Under the pieces are notes generated by a model. The model did no database searches, was not told the DNA's origin, and was given only the letters and a program-made list of their open reading frames with translations. A stretch of DNA of 64,000 nucleotides from Camelus ferus (lineage: Eukaryota). Below, piece after piece: positions 25,401-39,285 of this stretch (the first letter of the stretch is position 1; each line of letters starts with the position of its first letter). The translations under genes were made by a program, and so were the position numbers. Where the stretch lies: contig NC_045696.1 in assembly GCF_009834535.1 (NCBI RefSeq), positions 44,704,001-44,768,000 on the forward strand, in the 5' to 3' direction.

Positions 25401-26739
25401 CTGCCAGCTGAGGGAGTTTTGGCTTCCCTGTGGAGGGCTGTTTTGCATGCACTGTCAGGCTAGTAGCCTGAAAATGTTGCAAAGTCCTCTTTAGGGAGCA
25501 TGTCGTTACAGTTGATGGATGCCCATTTTTTCCATGCTTATTTATTGAGAGACTCCGGGCAAGGTGCCTAGATTTGCTCTTTCTCAGTAAACATGAATTA
25601 CTTGCCTTCATCACTTTGGTCTCAGAGAGGTTTTAAGGATTAATTAGTTGAGATAAAGTTCTTTAGAAAGAAGAACTATGGAACACACAGTTTTCCTGAA
25701 ACAAATCTTAAAGATGTCTCTAGGTCTATGCTCCAGAATTAAATTTTTAAAAGGCGGAAACTGTGTAAAGTGAAAGATAAGGAGAGACCTCCAAATAAAT
25801 GATCACCCAAGGACCGGCTTTTGCATCGAAAATGAAGATTTCTGTTCCCTGACAACAGTTTACAGATATACCCTTAAGAAAACAACCTTCTGGTCAGCAC
25901 AACAGCCATATTAGTGCCAACAGAAACATCTATTGGTGCTCTTCTGGAAACCACATAAACGAGTATGTCGAATCAAAGTGACCATTTATAAATTTGTTTT
26001 ACTTGAATGTGTAACCTTTTAGTTATCACTGAAAGATTTATATGTTGTATTTTTTTCTACCAAGCTTTTTGTCTGTGTGCTCTTTCTTTTTAAATCATCC
26101 CACAATTTTATGTCAAAATTATGTCTTCGTTATACTTTTACCAATGGCTTTTCCTTGATGCGGCCATGAATGAACAGCAGCAGACTTTACAGAGAACATT
26201 CTTTCTGTAGGTTTTACTGTTATTCTGTAGGTTGTATAGTTAAAATATAGTGAGAATAACTCAGATAATTGTGGGCCTAAAGTAAATATGTGTTTTATTT
26301 TGTTTTTAGTATATTTTCCTGTTGATATTCTCTATGCGTCTCTATAAGACAACCATGCACTGCTGTACACTATTTTTCTGCCAACAGACAAGGTAGATAT
26401 GCAGGAGGAGGTATGCAGATATGCAGAGGCTCTTTGGGGAAGTCTGCCAATGGTCTTGATTGTTTCCACATCTGGCCCTTTCCATTAGTTTCTGCCTGGC
26501 TCCTGATTCTTTGCTCCATCTGTCATTCTCAACTTAACCTTGATCTCTCTCTTTCAAGGATGTACCATAGACTTTTTTCACCAATTATTTCCACTGGAGA
26601 GTAAATTCATTAGGATATCTCCTCAGGACCTTGGACCACAAAGAGGAGACTTTGAAAATGCCTTGAGCTGTCTTTTCCCAAATAGCATTTAATACCTCTT
26701 TAACGCTTCTTTTCTTACACTCTGTCAGGTTGGCATTGG

Positions 26740-26920
26740 GGCATACCAGCTGTATAAGTTGCTAAACTTTTCCATTCTTAATTTTTTCATGTATAAAATT
26801 GAAATAATAGGAATAACAACTTCAGAGGGGTATTTGTGGGAAAATGAGATCATACATAGAAAGCACTTTTCTGCCATACAGTTGAAAGTTCAACAATTGT
26901 TTATCATCATTATACATCAT
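26740..26920 (+). mobile_element. MIR SINE fragment
   Basis: 'aagttgctaaact..ttttcatgtataaaattgaaataata..cttcagagggg..aaatgagatcatacatagaaagcactt'. Confidence 0.65.
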
Positions 26921-26964
26921 TATTATTACTGGTAATAGTAACAATGTTATTATGAAATTGCCTC

Positions 26965-27820
26965 AGATTGCCCCTCCTTCTGTGGTCCCAATCTTGATAA
27001 ATCATTCAACCAATTTTTAGACCAGTATTCTGAATTAGCCTTGACATCTCTCCATCCATCCTATCCCAGAGTTAATCAACAAGTTCTGTTGATTTTACTT
27101 CTAGATAATTGTTGCATCTCAGTAAATTTTCTCCATTTCTACACACAGCCATGCTCTTCATTTCTTCCTGGAGCTACTTCAGTAGCTTTCTAACTCAATT
27201 CCCCACACTTCCTTTGTAAGCCTTACAATCTATTCTCATACAATAGCTGGAGAGATTTTTAGAAAATCCAAATCTGATTGTGTTATCCCTGGCTTCAGAT
27301 ATTTCAGTGGCATCTTTTAACCTCTTATAAGATATGAGCTATGGGAAAACCACAACACCATCGGCTAGTTACCTCCCTAGTGACATTCATCTCTCTGTAC
27401 CCAAGCTTCAACTTTACTGAACTTCTTTATTCCCCAAAATTCCCCTGCCCCACTCCCCTCCCAGGCCTTTACACACACCATTTCCTCCGCATCTACAGCT
27501 CTTGTGTCTACTGGCTAACTCTTACCCTTCAGTTCTCGTGACTTTTCCCCAAAGCTTTCCTGATATCACCCTCCCCCCCCACTCCACCCCCTGCTGACCT
27601 ATATATTTACTAATATTTATATTTACTAATATAAATCCTCTAGAATTTTAACACTACATTCACTGTGTTGTCTTTACTCATTCCATGTATGGTGTTCTCT
27701 AACTGATAGTTATGTTCCTTGAGGACAGTGACAGTTCCATTTTTTTCACCATCTTGGCCCAAATACATAAAATAGATGAGTAATAGATATTTAGTAAATA
27801 ATTGTCAAGTGAAATGAATA
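26965..27820 (+). mobile_element. LINE-2 3' portion
   Basis: 'aatcaacaagttctgttgattttacttct', 'aaaatccaaatctgattgtgtta', 'tgttccttgaggacagtgac', terminal 'aaataattgtcaagtgaaatgaat'. Confidence 0.75.
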
Positions 27821-27821
27821 G

Positions 27822-28050
27822 GCTTTTGTTAACCATTCAGACCTGGGCTCAAATCCCAGCAGGACCACTTGCTGACACTATTACTTTGAACAAATTATTT
27901 AGTCTGAAGTTTTGTGAAGATTTTTGTCTGTTTTTTTTAAAGTCAGGAAACTGGGAGATAATTATACTCTCCCCATGATGATTAGGAAAGTTGAATAAGG
28001 TAACATATGTAAAGCACTTAACATAGTGTATTTTCTATAAATGTTACTTC
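27822..28050 (+). mobile_element. MIR SINE
   Basis: 'cagacctgggctcaaatcccagc..ccacttgct..actttgaacaaattattta..aacatatgtaaagcacttaacatagtg'. Confidence 0.75.
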
Positions 28051-28337
28051 TTCTTTTTTCCGCTTATATTTAGAGGCTTTTGTTTTGTTTTTTTGAAGTA
28101 GTAACAGTGATTTTGATTAGTGTGAAGCATTCATGCCCTTTTATTGTATATTCTCCTAGGACATACAGAACCAAATTTGTTCCTTCTTTTTGTCAATATT
28201 CTTTAAATGATTGATGATGAGCCATTTTGTGCCACTGGAAAGGGAGGAATTATTACCCCTCCCCCACCTTTTTTTCCAGGAATGAATATTATTTTCTTTA
28301 CTATAACTTGAGGACATGATGTTGTGGTTAAAATTAT

Positions 28338-28357
28338 CACACACACACACACACACA
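28338..28357. repeat. (CA)10 microsatellite
   Basis: Read directly. Confidence 0.95.
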
Positions 28358-30774
28358 AAGAATTGTCCTTCTGCTGATTAACTTGAGGGGTCTGATTACA
28401 TGGTGCATGGGTGCTGACTCACCCTGAATAAAGACATGTGTCTCATTTTCATTTCCTCCTGTGATGTATGGCTGTGCTCATTCTTTCTTACAGGAGTCTT
28501 TAAATTCATTGAGTATAAACTTTAATGCAAATCTTGTGTGTTTTGAAAGTGTTTCTTATTTGGTTTTTAAAGGTAAAACAGAATCAAGGTGTTGAAGAGG
28601 TGGGTCTTTTGGTTTTAAGAGTATTAAACAGCAATCTTCACTAGCCATCCATTTAAAAATTAGATTTCCATTTCTCACATGACGCATTGTGTACGTTGAC
28701 TAGCTTTAGAATAAGAATTTTAAAATGCTCAGAAAGCTTTGAAGTTAATTCTCCATTAAGAAAGAGCTGAGAAGTTGAGCATGGCGCCATTTTCCTTGAT
28801 TCTGCAGTCAAGCAGATGGGCTTCTTTCAATCTGTCTGCACTACAATGAGATTAAAAAAAATTAATGATGGTTCAAATTCACTTCATAGAGCAAACTTTT
28901 CTAAAACTATGGATCATGATGGTTGAGAACTGGATTTTTTTTCTTCAGATGTATGAGGGTTTTTGTTTAGTTGGTTGGTTTGGTCTGATTTTGCTACTGA
29001 GTTAATTTGATGTATTAAAATTCATCTGCCTCAGAATTTGGAGGGTTTTAGCATTAGAAAGCTCTGACCAAAATACAAATGAAGGGTGCAGTTTTATTTT
29101 AAAAAAAAAACTCATTTAGGACAATAGCTAGTGTTTGACATTTTAGGTATTCAATTGTATCTTTAGTTTCTTGAGTCTCCTAAATACTCATTCCAGAAAA
29201 AAAAAAAATGCAACTTGTTACAAATGAAATTTTTCCAGAGTTCTATTTTTTATACCAAATCCTAAAACATTTCCTTTACTTTCTTATCATCTACCTGTTC
29301 TTTCATTTCTACCTTTTTCTTGCCTTCTTACAAGTAAAGCTTGCTTATCAATTTCCATTTCTTTGTTTCTTTGAATAGTTGATACATTTTGCTTTATTTA
29401 AAGATCATTTCCCTTTCCCCCCGGATTCTGGTACATCTACAGGACCTCTGATTTTTATAGTTCTCTGAAAGAGGGTGCTGTGAGATTAAAAACTATCATA
29501 TAGTTTTTATATACACAAAAATAGTACCCTCCTTTCTCTGAAAAATGTAAAAAAGTATGATATTATATTTTGAATTATCATTTATTTCCTTAAAAGATAC
29601 AATGAGTCCAAAGAAACTAAATTTAGCAAAGAAATCTGAAAAGTATTTAGGTTCAATAGGCAACTTGATTTCTGAATCACATTCAGATTGGTGCCACTTC
29701 TTTTCATTGCTGCATTTGAAAAAGTAGGATCAAACAGTTACGTTTGGACTATAAAAGACATAACCAGTAAAAATGAAAACAAAAACCAGAGATCAGGGAA
29801 CTAGAGCACTAATGGGAAATGAGGTAATAAGTCAGGAGAGAAGTATATTACAGTTGCTTTGAGAGATGACGAGAGTGATACCCCAGGCTACGTCACAGTG
29901 AATGCAATAACTGTGATGTTTTAAAGGTCATTTTGACAGGGAGAGTCCAGAGATAAAGGAGGACATGAATATAAAGTGCCAAATTTCATTAGGTCTTAAA
30001 ATAGATAGTAATAAAATTTCCTATAGGGAATTTTAAAAATGCAGCACACTAGAAATCATGAGTGGTCCCAAAGGAGTCTTATTTTTCCAGTTGAAGTAGC
30101 TGCTACTAATCTGAGACTTAACAGTATGTCGTGGTCAAAATAAACAGGTGGTTATAAGAAATTTAATTTCCCTAGAGGATGAGTAAATAATATTGACATA
30201 CGAGTAAGGACAGTTTCATGTAGTTCACATTGTGAAGAAGGTCACACAGTGAAGGTAGACTTCAGTTGTATCTCCCAAAATGAGTATCTGTTGCTTGCCT
30301 ACTGTGTGCCTGGCACAGTTATAGGTTCACCATTTTAATCATCTTGATACATAATTGGAAGATTGCTTGACCGGACTTTTACGTATAAGCACAAATATAA
30401 AAACTTTTTTGGGATTTTTGAAGGACACAAATAATACTTCATATTTTAAAGTAAGAAAGATTAGCAAATATTAAATACTTAAAAAAATATTCCCAAAAAG
30501 GTAAGTGCTCCAATTTTACCATAGTCAGTTGAATTATCTAACTAACATCTTAGGGCCACTGCTCAATGTTCTCTTTTCTCTCTTCCTTTCTTCTATCGTT
30601 TTTTCTTCCATCTTACCTTCATTTCTTCCTTTTTCTCCTAATTATGTTTTTCTTTTCACAAACATGAATTTAAGTTGTTTATAAAATTAAAACATACATT
30701 GAGGACATTTTAAATATAAGATAAAAGAGAGATCAGAAATAATTTGAAAGGAAAATGGACATTATTGTACCAAG

Positions 30775-31176
30775 TGTATGAGTCAACTTGAGCTGCCATA
30801 ACAGAACACCCAGACAGGTGGCATAAGCAACAGAAATTTATTTTCCCTCGGGTATTGGAAGTATTGGAAACTGAACTCCTCAAGATTAAGGTGACAGCCT
30901 GTTTGGTTCCTGGTGAGAGCTCTCCTCCTGGCTTGCAGATGGCTGCCTTTCTTCTGTGTCTTCACATTTCTGGGGCAGAGAGAGAGAGAGAATTATATGG
31001 TTATGATATTACTTCTTATAAGAACAGTAATCCTATCGGATCAGGGTGCCACCCTTATGAATTCATGTAACCTTATTTACCTCTTTATAGGCCGCATCTC
31101 CAAATCCAGTCACATTGGGAATTGGGCCTTCAACATTTCAATTTGGTGGCTGGGGAGCAGAATTCAGTCCATAGCA
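30775..31176 (-). mobile_element. MLT1A-type ERVL-MaLR solo LTR, full length
   Basis: TG...CA termini, perfect 5-bp TSD ccaag (30770-30774, 31177-31181), diagnostic 'gctgccataaca..aacagaaatttattt..ggtgagagctctcctcctggcttgcagatggctgccttt'. Confidence 0.92.
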
Positions 31177-31289
31177 CCAAGGATATGCTGAAGGAGTAAT
31201 TGTCTTTGTTCACTAAGCATATCATTGGGCAACATAGTGTACTTGAAATAACCTTGATGTTGGTGTCACAGAGAGTATTGAAATGTGCC

Positions 31290-31470
31290 ATATGCCTAAT
31301 AGGCAACTTTGGGCACGCTGCTTAACCTTCCTGCAATTCAATTTTCTCATTGCTAAAGTAGGGTTCATAAAACCGACTTTTTTGCATTATTATAGTAATC
31401 AAATGAAATTAAGTACGTGTTGCATTTTATGCAGTGCCCTACACATTGAAGGCATCTGTGAAGTCCATAC
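31290..31470 (+). mobile_element. MIR SINE fragment
   Basis: 'actttgggcacgctgcttaaccttc..tcaattttctcattgctaaagtaggg'. Confidence 0.65.
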
Positions 31471-34400
31471 CAGTTTCTCTTTTAATTTCTTGAATCCAGT
31501 GGAAAGAGAGGAGGAGGCAGTTATGTAGATTCCATTTTTAAAAATAGATGGAAGAAGATTCATGTAAAAAGAACATACTTATTTTCAACTTTAAGGAAAG
31601 AGTGAAAACTAGCTCCTACTTTTATTAAGAAGACTTTGAGGAACTTAATGAGCAAAAGGCGTTACTTATAGTTAAGTGATCTTTTTTATATTGGTTCTCA
31701 ATAAAAGTTCAGGACAGTTCATTGATGTGTAACTCAATTTAAGTCATGCTTATGTTCACCTAAACTTATGCGATGCACACATGATGTTTTGGTGATCTGA
31801 CCTAATTTAAGTACAGAGGTTCTTGATGTGGATTCCATAGATAAGCTGTAGTGTCTATTAATTCTTTGAGAAATGTTGTGATATCTGCTCACTTGCATTC
31901 TTCTGAAGAGAATTTTCATTGCTTTTCTCTACAAGGCCTTTACCTCTGAAAGGACAAAAGCTATTATAAATAGAGAGAGAGAGCTTAAAGAGCCCAGAGG
32001 AAGGGACAGTTCACACATCTCTCAAATGCCAGACATCTGAACTGTACTTTGGGAAGAACTGGATAGGAATTGATTCCCGGTTTGCCTGCTAAGAGTTCCT
32101 GAAGTTCCCTCATTCCACAAATTGCACACAGCCTAGGAGACAGATACAATATTCAGGACTCAAGTGTGGAAAGTGAGAAGTCTGCCTTTTCTTTTTGTTT
32201 CAGAAGGAGCAGCTTTCTCTTTCCCAGCTTGTCATGTGGAGAATACTTGCAGCAGCCTAGACAAAACTTGTGCTTTTCTTTTGAAATTAACTGCTCCCCA
32301 AGTGTTCAGTGCCTAGTAATGTCCTTTATTATATTCTCAAATTTCCATATTGCAAAATATTGAGAAGACCATTTTAAGTTAGTGAGATTCAAGGACAGAT
32401 TCTACACACTGGCATCCATTATTAAAGAATCCAAATTTGGCTCTAAGAATGTTTGCTTTGAAGAAATACTATATCTAAACAGCCAAAATCAGCTAACTAT
32501 AAACTGACTCTTGGAGAGCTGAATGAATTGATTTGGCAGATGACAGTTTTGGGAATTATATATTTGAATTTTGGAAATGATGTGCCCACCAAATAATAAT
32601 TTTTGTTGTGATATTCTCTTCCTTAGGTCGTAGAGTATTTATTTCCTAATGCCACTCCTGGGCTGTTCAGTTTGGCAATCACTTAGAGAGCCTCGCATGT
32701 TCCATCAGGTACCAGGCAGCCAAAATGTCACACATATTCACAATTAGCTATAAGGCCCTGGACATGAGAACTGTAATGGAGATATCACAGTGGGAACATA
32801 AATGAGGGAGCAATGGATTTTGGTGGAGGTGTGGAAGGTGTCTGTGCAAAAGAGATGAAGGTAAAAAGACAGAGATTTATCTTCTGTGGGACTATGGGGT
32901 AAACGATTCAGGGGTTTTATGCACAATTTGGTTGTATTTTAAAAGCTAGGAAATGAATGACAAATTAGTAGTAACTTTAATCTGGAGCACTTTTTTTAGG
33001 ATTGGCGACCTGTGAGCAACTGATTTAGTAAACATTTGTTTATATTCCTCAGATTCTATTTAAAACATATTTTTAGGTGTCAGGCATTATACTATCTACC
33101 TTAATAGTAACAGTAAACTTTTGCGGTTAAGAGTTGTTAGCTTTATTTCCAAGATGAAGAAATAGCTACAGAGAGAATTAGCAAATGGTTCTGGTTACAC
33201 AGTTACTAATCACCACTAACTTTCTAGCTGATTGAATTAAATGTAAGAGGAGAACCTATAAAAAGGAGGAAACAAATTATGGAACTGCTAGAAAAAAAAA
33301 GAATAATATCTGAGCTACGTTTCTTTTGAGGTCCATAAAAATTAAGTAATCTTTATGTTGAGTATAACATTGAAAATATCAGATCTCAATGACCACATAT
33401 TCTATTTGTAATAAACTTTTATCATAAAAGGCCAATAAAATTGGTAACTTCAAGAATTCCTTCTCACTATTTTTAAAATAGAAAAACAAAAAGATCACTT
33501 TTAATGATATCTATTATTTTCCTCAGCCTTCTCCATCCTAATGAAAGATCTAGAAGGAGACGGTTTCTGATAGAAAAGTACCACCCCGAAAAAGTGGATT
33601 AAGACTTGTCATCCTTAGAAATCCTGGGTTCACAAGTGTGCCCAATCCACGGCATCTATTAGAGCTCCAAAGTGCTCTAGTTGAAAAATTTCCTGAGAGA
33701 TTTTTGTTTATTCTTGAGTCACAAACTTCATAAGGTTAAAAACATTTTACTCCACTTCTAGGACCTCAGTTTTAAACAGTTTTGGCCTCTCTAGGGTGAC
33801 AATACTTTAAAACAACTAATAATTCCATGATTTTTCCAGTGGTACCAGTAATGCACTTAGGCAGAAAATTTGTTGACTCTCCTCTGTTTACCTAAATTAG
33901 TGCACTTTGTGGACACAGAATTATGAATTAATGCTGCTAAATTTTTGCTTTGCCTCTGGTATATCTTACAGCCTTGGGCAAAATATGTGCTCTTCCAGAC
34001 CACAAGTGATAAGAGGAGAAAAGAGTGCCTTTCTTCCCTTTATGGGGGCTGTAGCAATCATTTAATGTGTGCAGCATGCTGGATGTGTTCATCATGGTAC
34101 AGTATTGGATTTCTTTGGTGTATTACGGAGCAGAAATATTGAACAATAAGAGAGAATAGCTTTTCAAACTACCGGTGTTTTAGTCACTGATAATTATTAA
34201 ATTATGCCAGATGAACTTGTTTTTTTTTTCTGTAGCCACATCCTAAGGAGTCAGTGGGATACAGAGTGTTCGAGTGGGGAAGGCAATAATAGACAGAGCA
34301 AATGTACGCATGACTCTAGGGAATGACACATAGTTCAACAACTGAACATACTTTCCAGAAATTATTAGACTCATAACTAACAGTTGTACTAGTTTTGTTT

Positions 34401-35484
34401 GAAAATATGGTAGCCATCCCATTTTACAACACAGGATATAGGTAAGTCATACAGTTTTACTGTAGTCTTCTAATGTAAGTTTCTCCTGTTAGCAATGAAA
34501 GCAACAACTGGCCACTAGTGCATTTTTGAAAAAGCTAGATGAAATGGAAATTTTGTACAAGATCTTCATTTCTATATTATAGGCAGTGAATCAAAATGTC
34601 TTTAGAGTAACAATTTTATAGTAATAATTTACTGCAAACATTATATTATATTGCCCTCAGTTCTTTACTATAATATCCTTGGTCCTTTACTAAATCCACC
34701 TTCTCCCCAATATTCAATAAAAATATGGGATGTGCTTTTTTTGGGGGTCTATGGAAAAAACAAGTATTCCTGCAAGTAACTGTTAGCACTGTCTATGGAG
34801 TCTCATTTGTACACAGATTCCTTCAGAGGAGGACAAACAGAGGTAACAATTTAATAAAGACATTGGGCTGAATCAGTTATCCTAGGATTTCAATAGTAAA
34901 TAATTTTTTTAACTGTGGGCATTTTTAACATCTTTTCTTTCAGGAAAAAAAAAAAAGCAATATACAATCAGGTATTCTTAAGTTCTGTACTAATTCTAAT
35001 TATCTGCCAGGACTATGTTTGTTACTCTAATGACTAAGATTTGTATTAGTTCAGTATTAGCCAAATTACTTTAGTCAATAACACAGTATTTTCACACATT
35101 TAACTAGAAAATTATATACACACATGTCATTTTATTCTATAAATTAATGCTGTTCTAACTCCGTAATATAAAGAAAAAGCCCCTTAGTATTTAAAGTCTA
35201 AAGCAATCAACACTTTAATAAACCTTGATCCTGTAGTTAAGAGTTCATGCACTTTTCATAGAGGGAAAATAGAGCTTGTAAGGGTCTAATTATATATACA
35301 GTAACTTTGATTCATGGAACTATTTTATCTTGAGTCAGATAAGCTACCCTTATTTGAATAGTTTGGGGAAAATTCAACTAGTATTTTTTAAAGAAATCTA
35401 TTTTTATTAAAATTTCAGATTATTCATTTACTAATATTTTGGGTGACTATACCAGGTCTCTATTCTAGATACATATTTTTTTAG

Positions 35485-35740
35485 TAGTTAAGAGTGCCAG
35501 CTCAGAAGCCACACACTATTTACTAGAAAATTGCTCTAGCTTTCCATGCCACAATTTCCTCATGTATGAGAAACAGTATCTTATCTACATCATAGAGTTA
35601 TTGTATTAAATGCATAAATACATGTAAAAGGTATAGAATGGGACCTGGGCCACACTATGCTCTCAATCAATTATGTATGTGTGTGTATATATATATCTCC
35701 ACATACATGTATATATGTACTCATTATTAGCTATTATTAC
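35485..35740 (+). mobile_element. MIR SINE fragment with TA/TG-rich tail
   Basis: 'gtagttaagagtgccagctcagaagcc..gccacaatttcctcatgtat..aataatacatgtaaaag..tagaatgggacctgg'. Confidence 0.6.
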
Positions 35741-36757
35741 CTCAGTCAATCCTCACAAAAGCCTATTGAGTAGTTATTCCCATTTTATAAGGAGCCAGCT
35801 ATCCTAAATAATCTAGTCAGCTATCAGAATTTATATTAATACTTAGAATTTTTTTAATTCAAAAATTATGTTATTTTTACTGTTCTGAGGATGAAGGGAG
35901 CATTTCAGAGCAAAAGCATGTTGGTATAGGACTGGGAAGTTTTATGTTGTTATACTGAAGAATTATCTTTGCTTGATTTCAGAGTTGTGGGTAAATAATA
36001 TTAAATAGCTGTATGCCTGTTTTGAGTATATCTTAAAACAGAGACATTCTAATTTGGGATTTTTAAGGTAGGAATTTAAAGGCTTTGATAACATTTGGAT
36101 ATGTCTAAAGGTGACAGAAAAAGGCAAATTTCTTTGGAAAAGGACAAGATTAGCAGGAGAAGTGAGGATGACTTTACAGGAATCATGGTGTGAAGTTCCA
36201 GCCAGACTAAAATGGCATTGAAACAATGAAATCATGTTCAGAACACCATAGACAATTCAAAGAAACAAATGCTTTGTTGATAGACTGACTATGATAAGTG
36301 AAGAAGAGGAAAAAGTAACTTGCTTTCTAATATGGGAGTCTGGCTTTATTGACTTAGAATGAGCAAATCAAAAGTGAGCACCTGCTATGTGTCTGCCATT
36401 ATGTTCAGTACTATGAAGTAAGCAGTAGAACTAGAACTTGAACTCTGGGGTGTTTCACATGATCTTTACTCTTGGTTTCATTATTCTGCCTCCAAGCTGT
36501 GGGTGGCAGCATGTTCAGCTATGTTGAGTCCCATTCTAAAGACGGAGAGAATGAGGCTCAAAGATGCCTTAAATTATTTAAATCATAAATAGAGGAATCA
36601 GTGCTAAAATTCAGAACATTTGCAGTCTTGTTCTGTGCTTCATGATTGTTAAATACTTCTATAATTGTTTCAATGTAAGGGCTAATCTCTCTGAAAAATT
36701 ACTTTCTTGCTTGAGTTCAGGCTGTGCTCTGTTTGGTGACACAGTGGCTCTATTTGC

Positions 36758-36783
36758 CTTTTTTTTTTTTTTTTTTTTTTTTT
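36758..36783. repeat. Poly(T) tract
   Basis: Uninterrupted run of about 26 T. Confidence 0.9.
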
Positions 36784-37599
36784 GGTGTACAATATCTAGC
36801 TAGGCTTGAGGAGAGCAGGGAAGCCAGAATTTTCTTCTCTCTCAAGAGAGAAGTGGACCCTCTCAAGCCGTCAGAGGAAGAGCCTCCATTAGAGGAATCT
36901 TGTGTTTTTAGTGCCTCTGCTGAACACTTTTGATTCTAGAGAGATGATTTTTGTTCTCTAGTGATGATTCAAAGAATAATTTATGGTAAAAATTAAATAG
37001 ATTATACTGTAAAAATCAAATAGATTACACAGTAAAAAAATCATGTAATTACTCTTGTAAAACCACAGATGAAAGCAAGCACAGAAAATTATAGTGTAAA
37101 GTTTTTAATTAGCTTCTGATTAGCTATAAGCTTATGTTTTAAATGTAGCATCCAATACCTTATAATAACGAGACATAAATTAAATAGCCACTGGTATGTA
37201 CATGGTATAAAGATTAATACTACAACTACTAGGCATTTTTGCTGACATCGTTTTGAATGTTTTTACTGTAAAGGGGGGTGGGCCCTGTAGAGTTGGAGTA
37301 TCATCACATGGTTATTGGAATAGCAAAATATTCTTTCAGAATGTGGGCAGTAGTCTTTACCTAGTTGCTATGTGGTTGTGATGTGTTCATCTCTTAGAAA
37401 ATGAGACATCTCCCTTTCAAAAATGAGATCCTTGGAAGATTGCACTTATTTATTTTCATAGGAGATCTATTCCTCCAGTAGAAGGAAATGCTAGCCTTAG
37501 GATCATAGCAAAACTAAGCTCTATTTTGCTATTTTTGTAGGAGCCATCTTGCTCATTTTAGGTTATACTCTTGTTCCTCATTTTAGGGTTATATACTGG

Positions 37600-37760
37600 A
37601 AACTTAATTTGAGTGAAAGTTAGGGTATTTTTCAATCTATATTTAGTGACTTTAGCTTGCTAAGTGTCCTTGGGCAAGTCATTTAAATTATCTGGGCCTT
37701 GGTTTTCAAATTGGTGAATTACAAGTTTAAATTACATTATCCTTATAGTTGGTGTCAAAT
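37600..37760 (+). mobile_element. MIR/MIR3 fragment
   Basis: 'gtgtccttgggcaagtcatttaaattatctgggccttggttttc'. Confidence 0.65.
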
Positions 37761-39129
37761 CAAAAGAATCATATTTCTATATCCATTCTATTTTTGGAGG
37801 TTCTTAGCACCTAAGTTCCTTCAATATTATCTTAGAATTCAAAAATACTTAGAAGTGTTTTTTTTAAAGCAACCCCTCAATATGTTGACATGAAGAAAAA
37901 CACTCAGTTACTTTCCAGTTATGCAGATTGTTAACTGTTTAAGCAACTAGGGTTCTTCTTAATTAGACTTTGGCTCTCATTGGGCAAAATACCATAAAAT
38001 TCATAAGCCCACCCAGAATCTAGTAAGATTTAGATTCAATCCCCAGACATCTCTACTGAGACAATGAGGAGTATCTCTATCTTTTTGGTTATTCTTGGAT
38101 TAATAGAGAATGGAGGAAAGAATGTAACAGCTGGCAAACAAAGTTCAGTAGTGTATACCATCGTGTTTTTGGAAAAGACTTTCCTCAGAGATATAAATGA
38201 CCTTGGATATGTTAAAGAAGGTCTAGCCAATATAGAATTACTACTCGCTTCAAATGCAAGATGTAAATTAGTGTATAAATGTATTTTTCCTGGATATTAT
38301 AAATATGGCTAGGATTAACAACAACAGAAAGGAATCACTGGAAAGATTTTTTGTAAACTTATTTTTTTTTAATGTTTCCATTATTGGTTAAATAAAAGTA
38401 CAGTTTAACAATATAGGTAGTTTTGTATTTATATACAGTGACTGAGATATTTCTCTTACATTTGAATAGTCATTCCTTCCAGAGAGACATGGAGAGTGTG
38501 CTGCTTTCCTCAATGCCAGGCATGATTGTCCTGTTCTAGAAGTGATCCTTAAGGAGTGGAGAAGAAAGGGAAAAAAAGGAAATCATTTTCTTTTCTTCAC
38601 CACTGCTCATATTTTCCTAAGAATTGTCCCTAATTCTTCATAATCCCTTGCACAGTATACGGAAATGGAGGGGAAGCAAACACAGGAGGGCTAGAACACG
38701 TGGAGGGAGGGGCGCTGGGGTAACTAGGAGAGTAGTGCAGCTGGTCCGGGTAATCTTCCTCACTCCTCCACCAGAGGACTTCCGTTGGCCGTACTCCTGC
38801 TTCTGATGAGCTTCAGCTGCCCTTCCTGCTAGTGTGTCTGTCTTTCATCTGTAATAAAGAGGTAGAGGAGAAGAGAGATGAAGAGCTGGGAGATAGAGAA
38901 AAAGAAGAGATGGGATGCAGGGAGAAGGGCAAACTCTGATTTAGATTGCCTTAAAACTTCCATTGCTGCCATTTCTTTCCCTCTGTCCCCACTGTTTTAT
39001 CATCGTAGACTGACGATTGACTTTAAGTGGTGATGGAAAGAGGAACCTGGAGACAGGAAAACTGTAGTCCCCTTCAGTATCCACCATTCTTCATCTACTT
39101 CCCTGTCTAGTCTGACATCTTACTTAGAG

Positions 39130-39285
39130 CAAAGACTCTTAACCCCTGAGCTTCTAGGGGTGAGGGGTGAGGGTGTCCTTAAATGAGCTTCACAATGTTG
39201 TTTACTCCATGAAATTATGGCAAAGTTTAGAGTGTCTTTGAGGGTTTGGCTGGAGAGAGTACATAGGATTGACTAGGTATTTAGA
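39130..39285. mobile_element. Possible hAT-Charlie-type DNA transposon fossil
   Basis: 'actcttaaccc..gagcttca..ccatgaaattatggcaaagttt..ctggagagagtacatagg' resembles short hAT MITEs; weak match. Confidence 0.3.

Noticed and set aside
32627..32708. 82-nt + strand exon candidate (ttctcttccttag ... cag|gtacca)
   Set aside because: Stops in all three frames and a weak donor; cannot be told from a pseudo-exon without RNA data
34236..34441. Exon candidate ending at TAG|GTAAGT
   Set aside because: Good-looking splice sites but no coding signal recognised; such pairs are frequent in large introns
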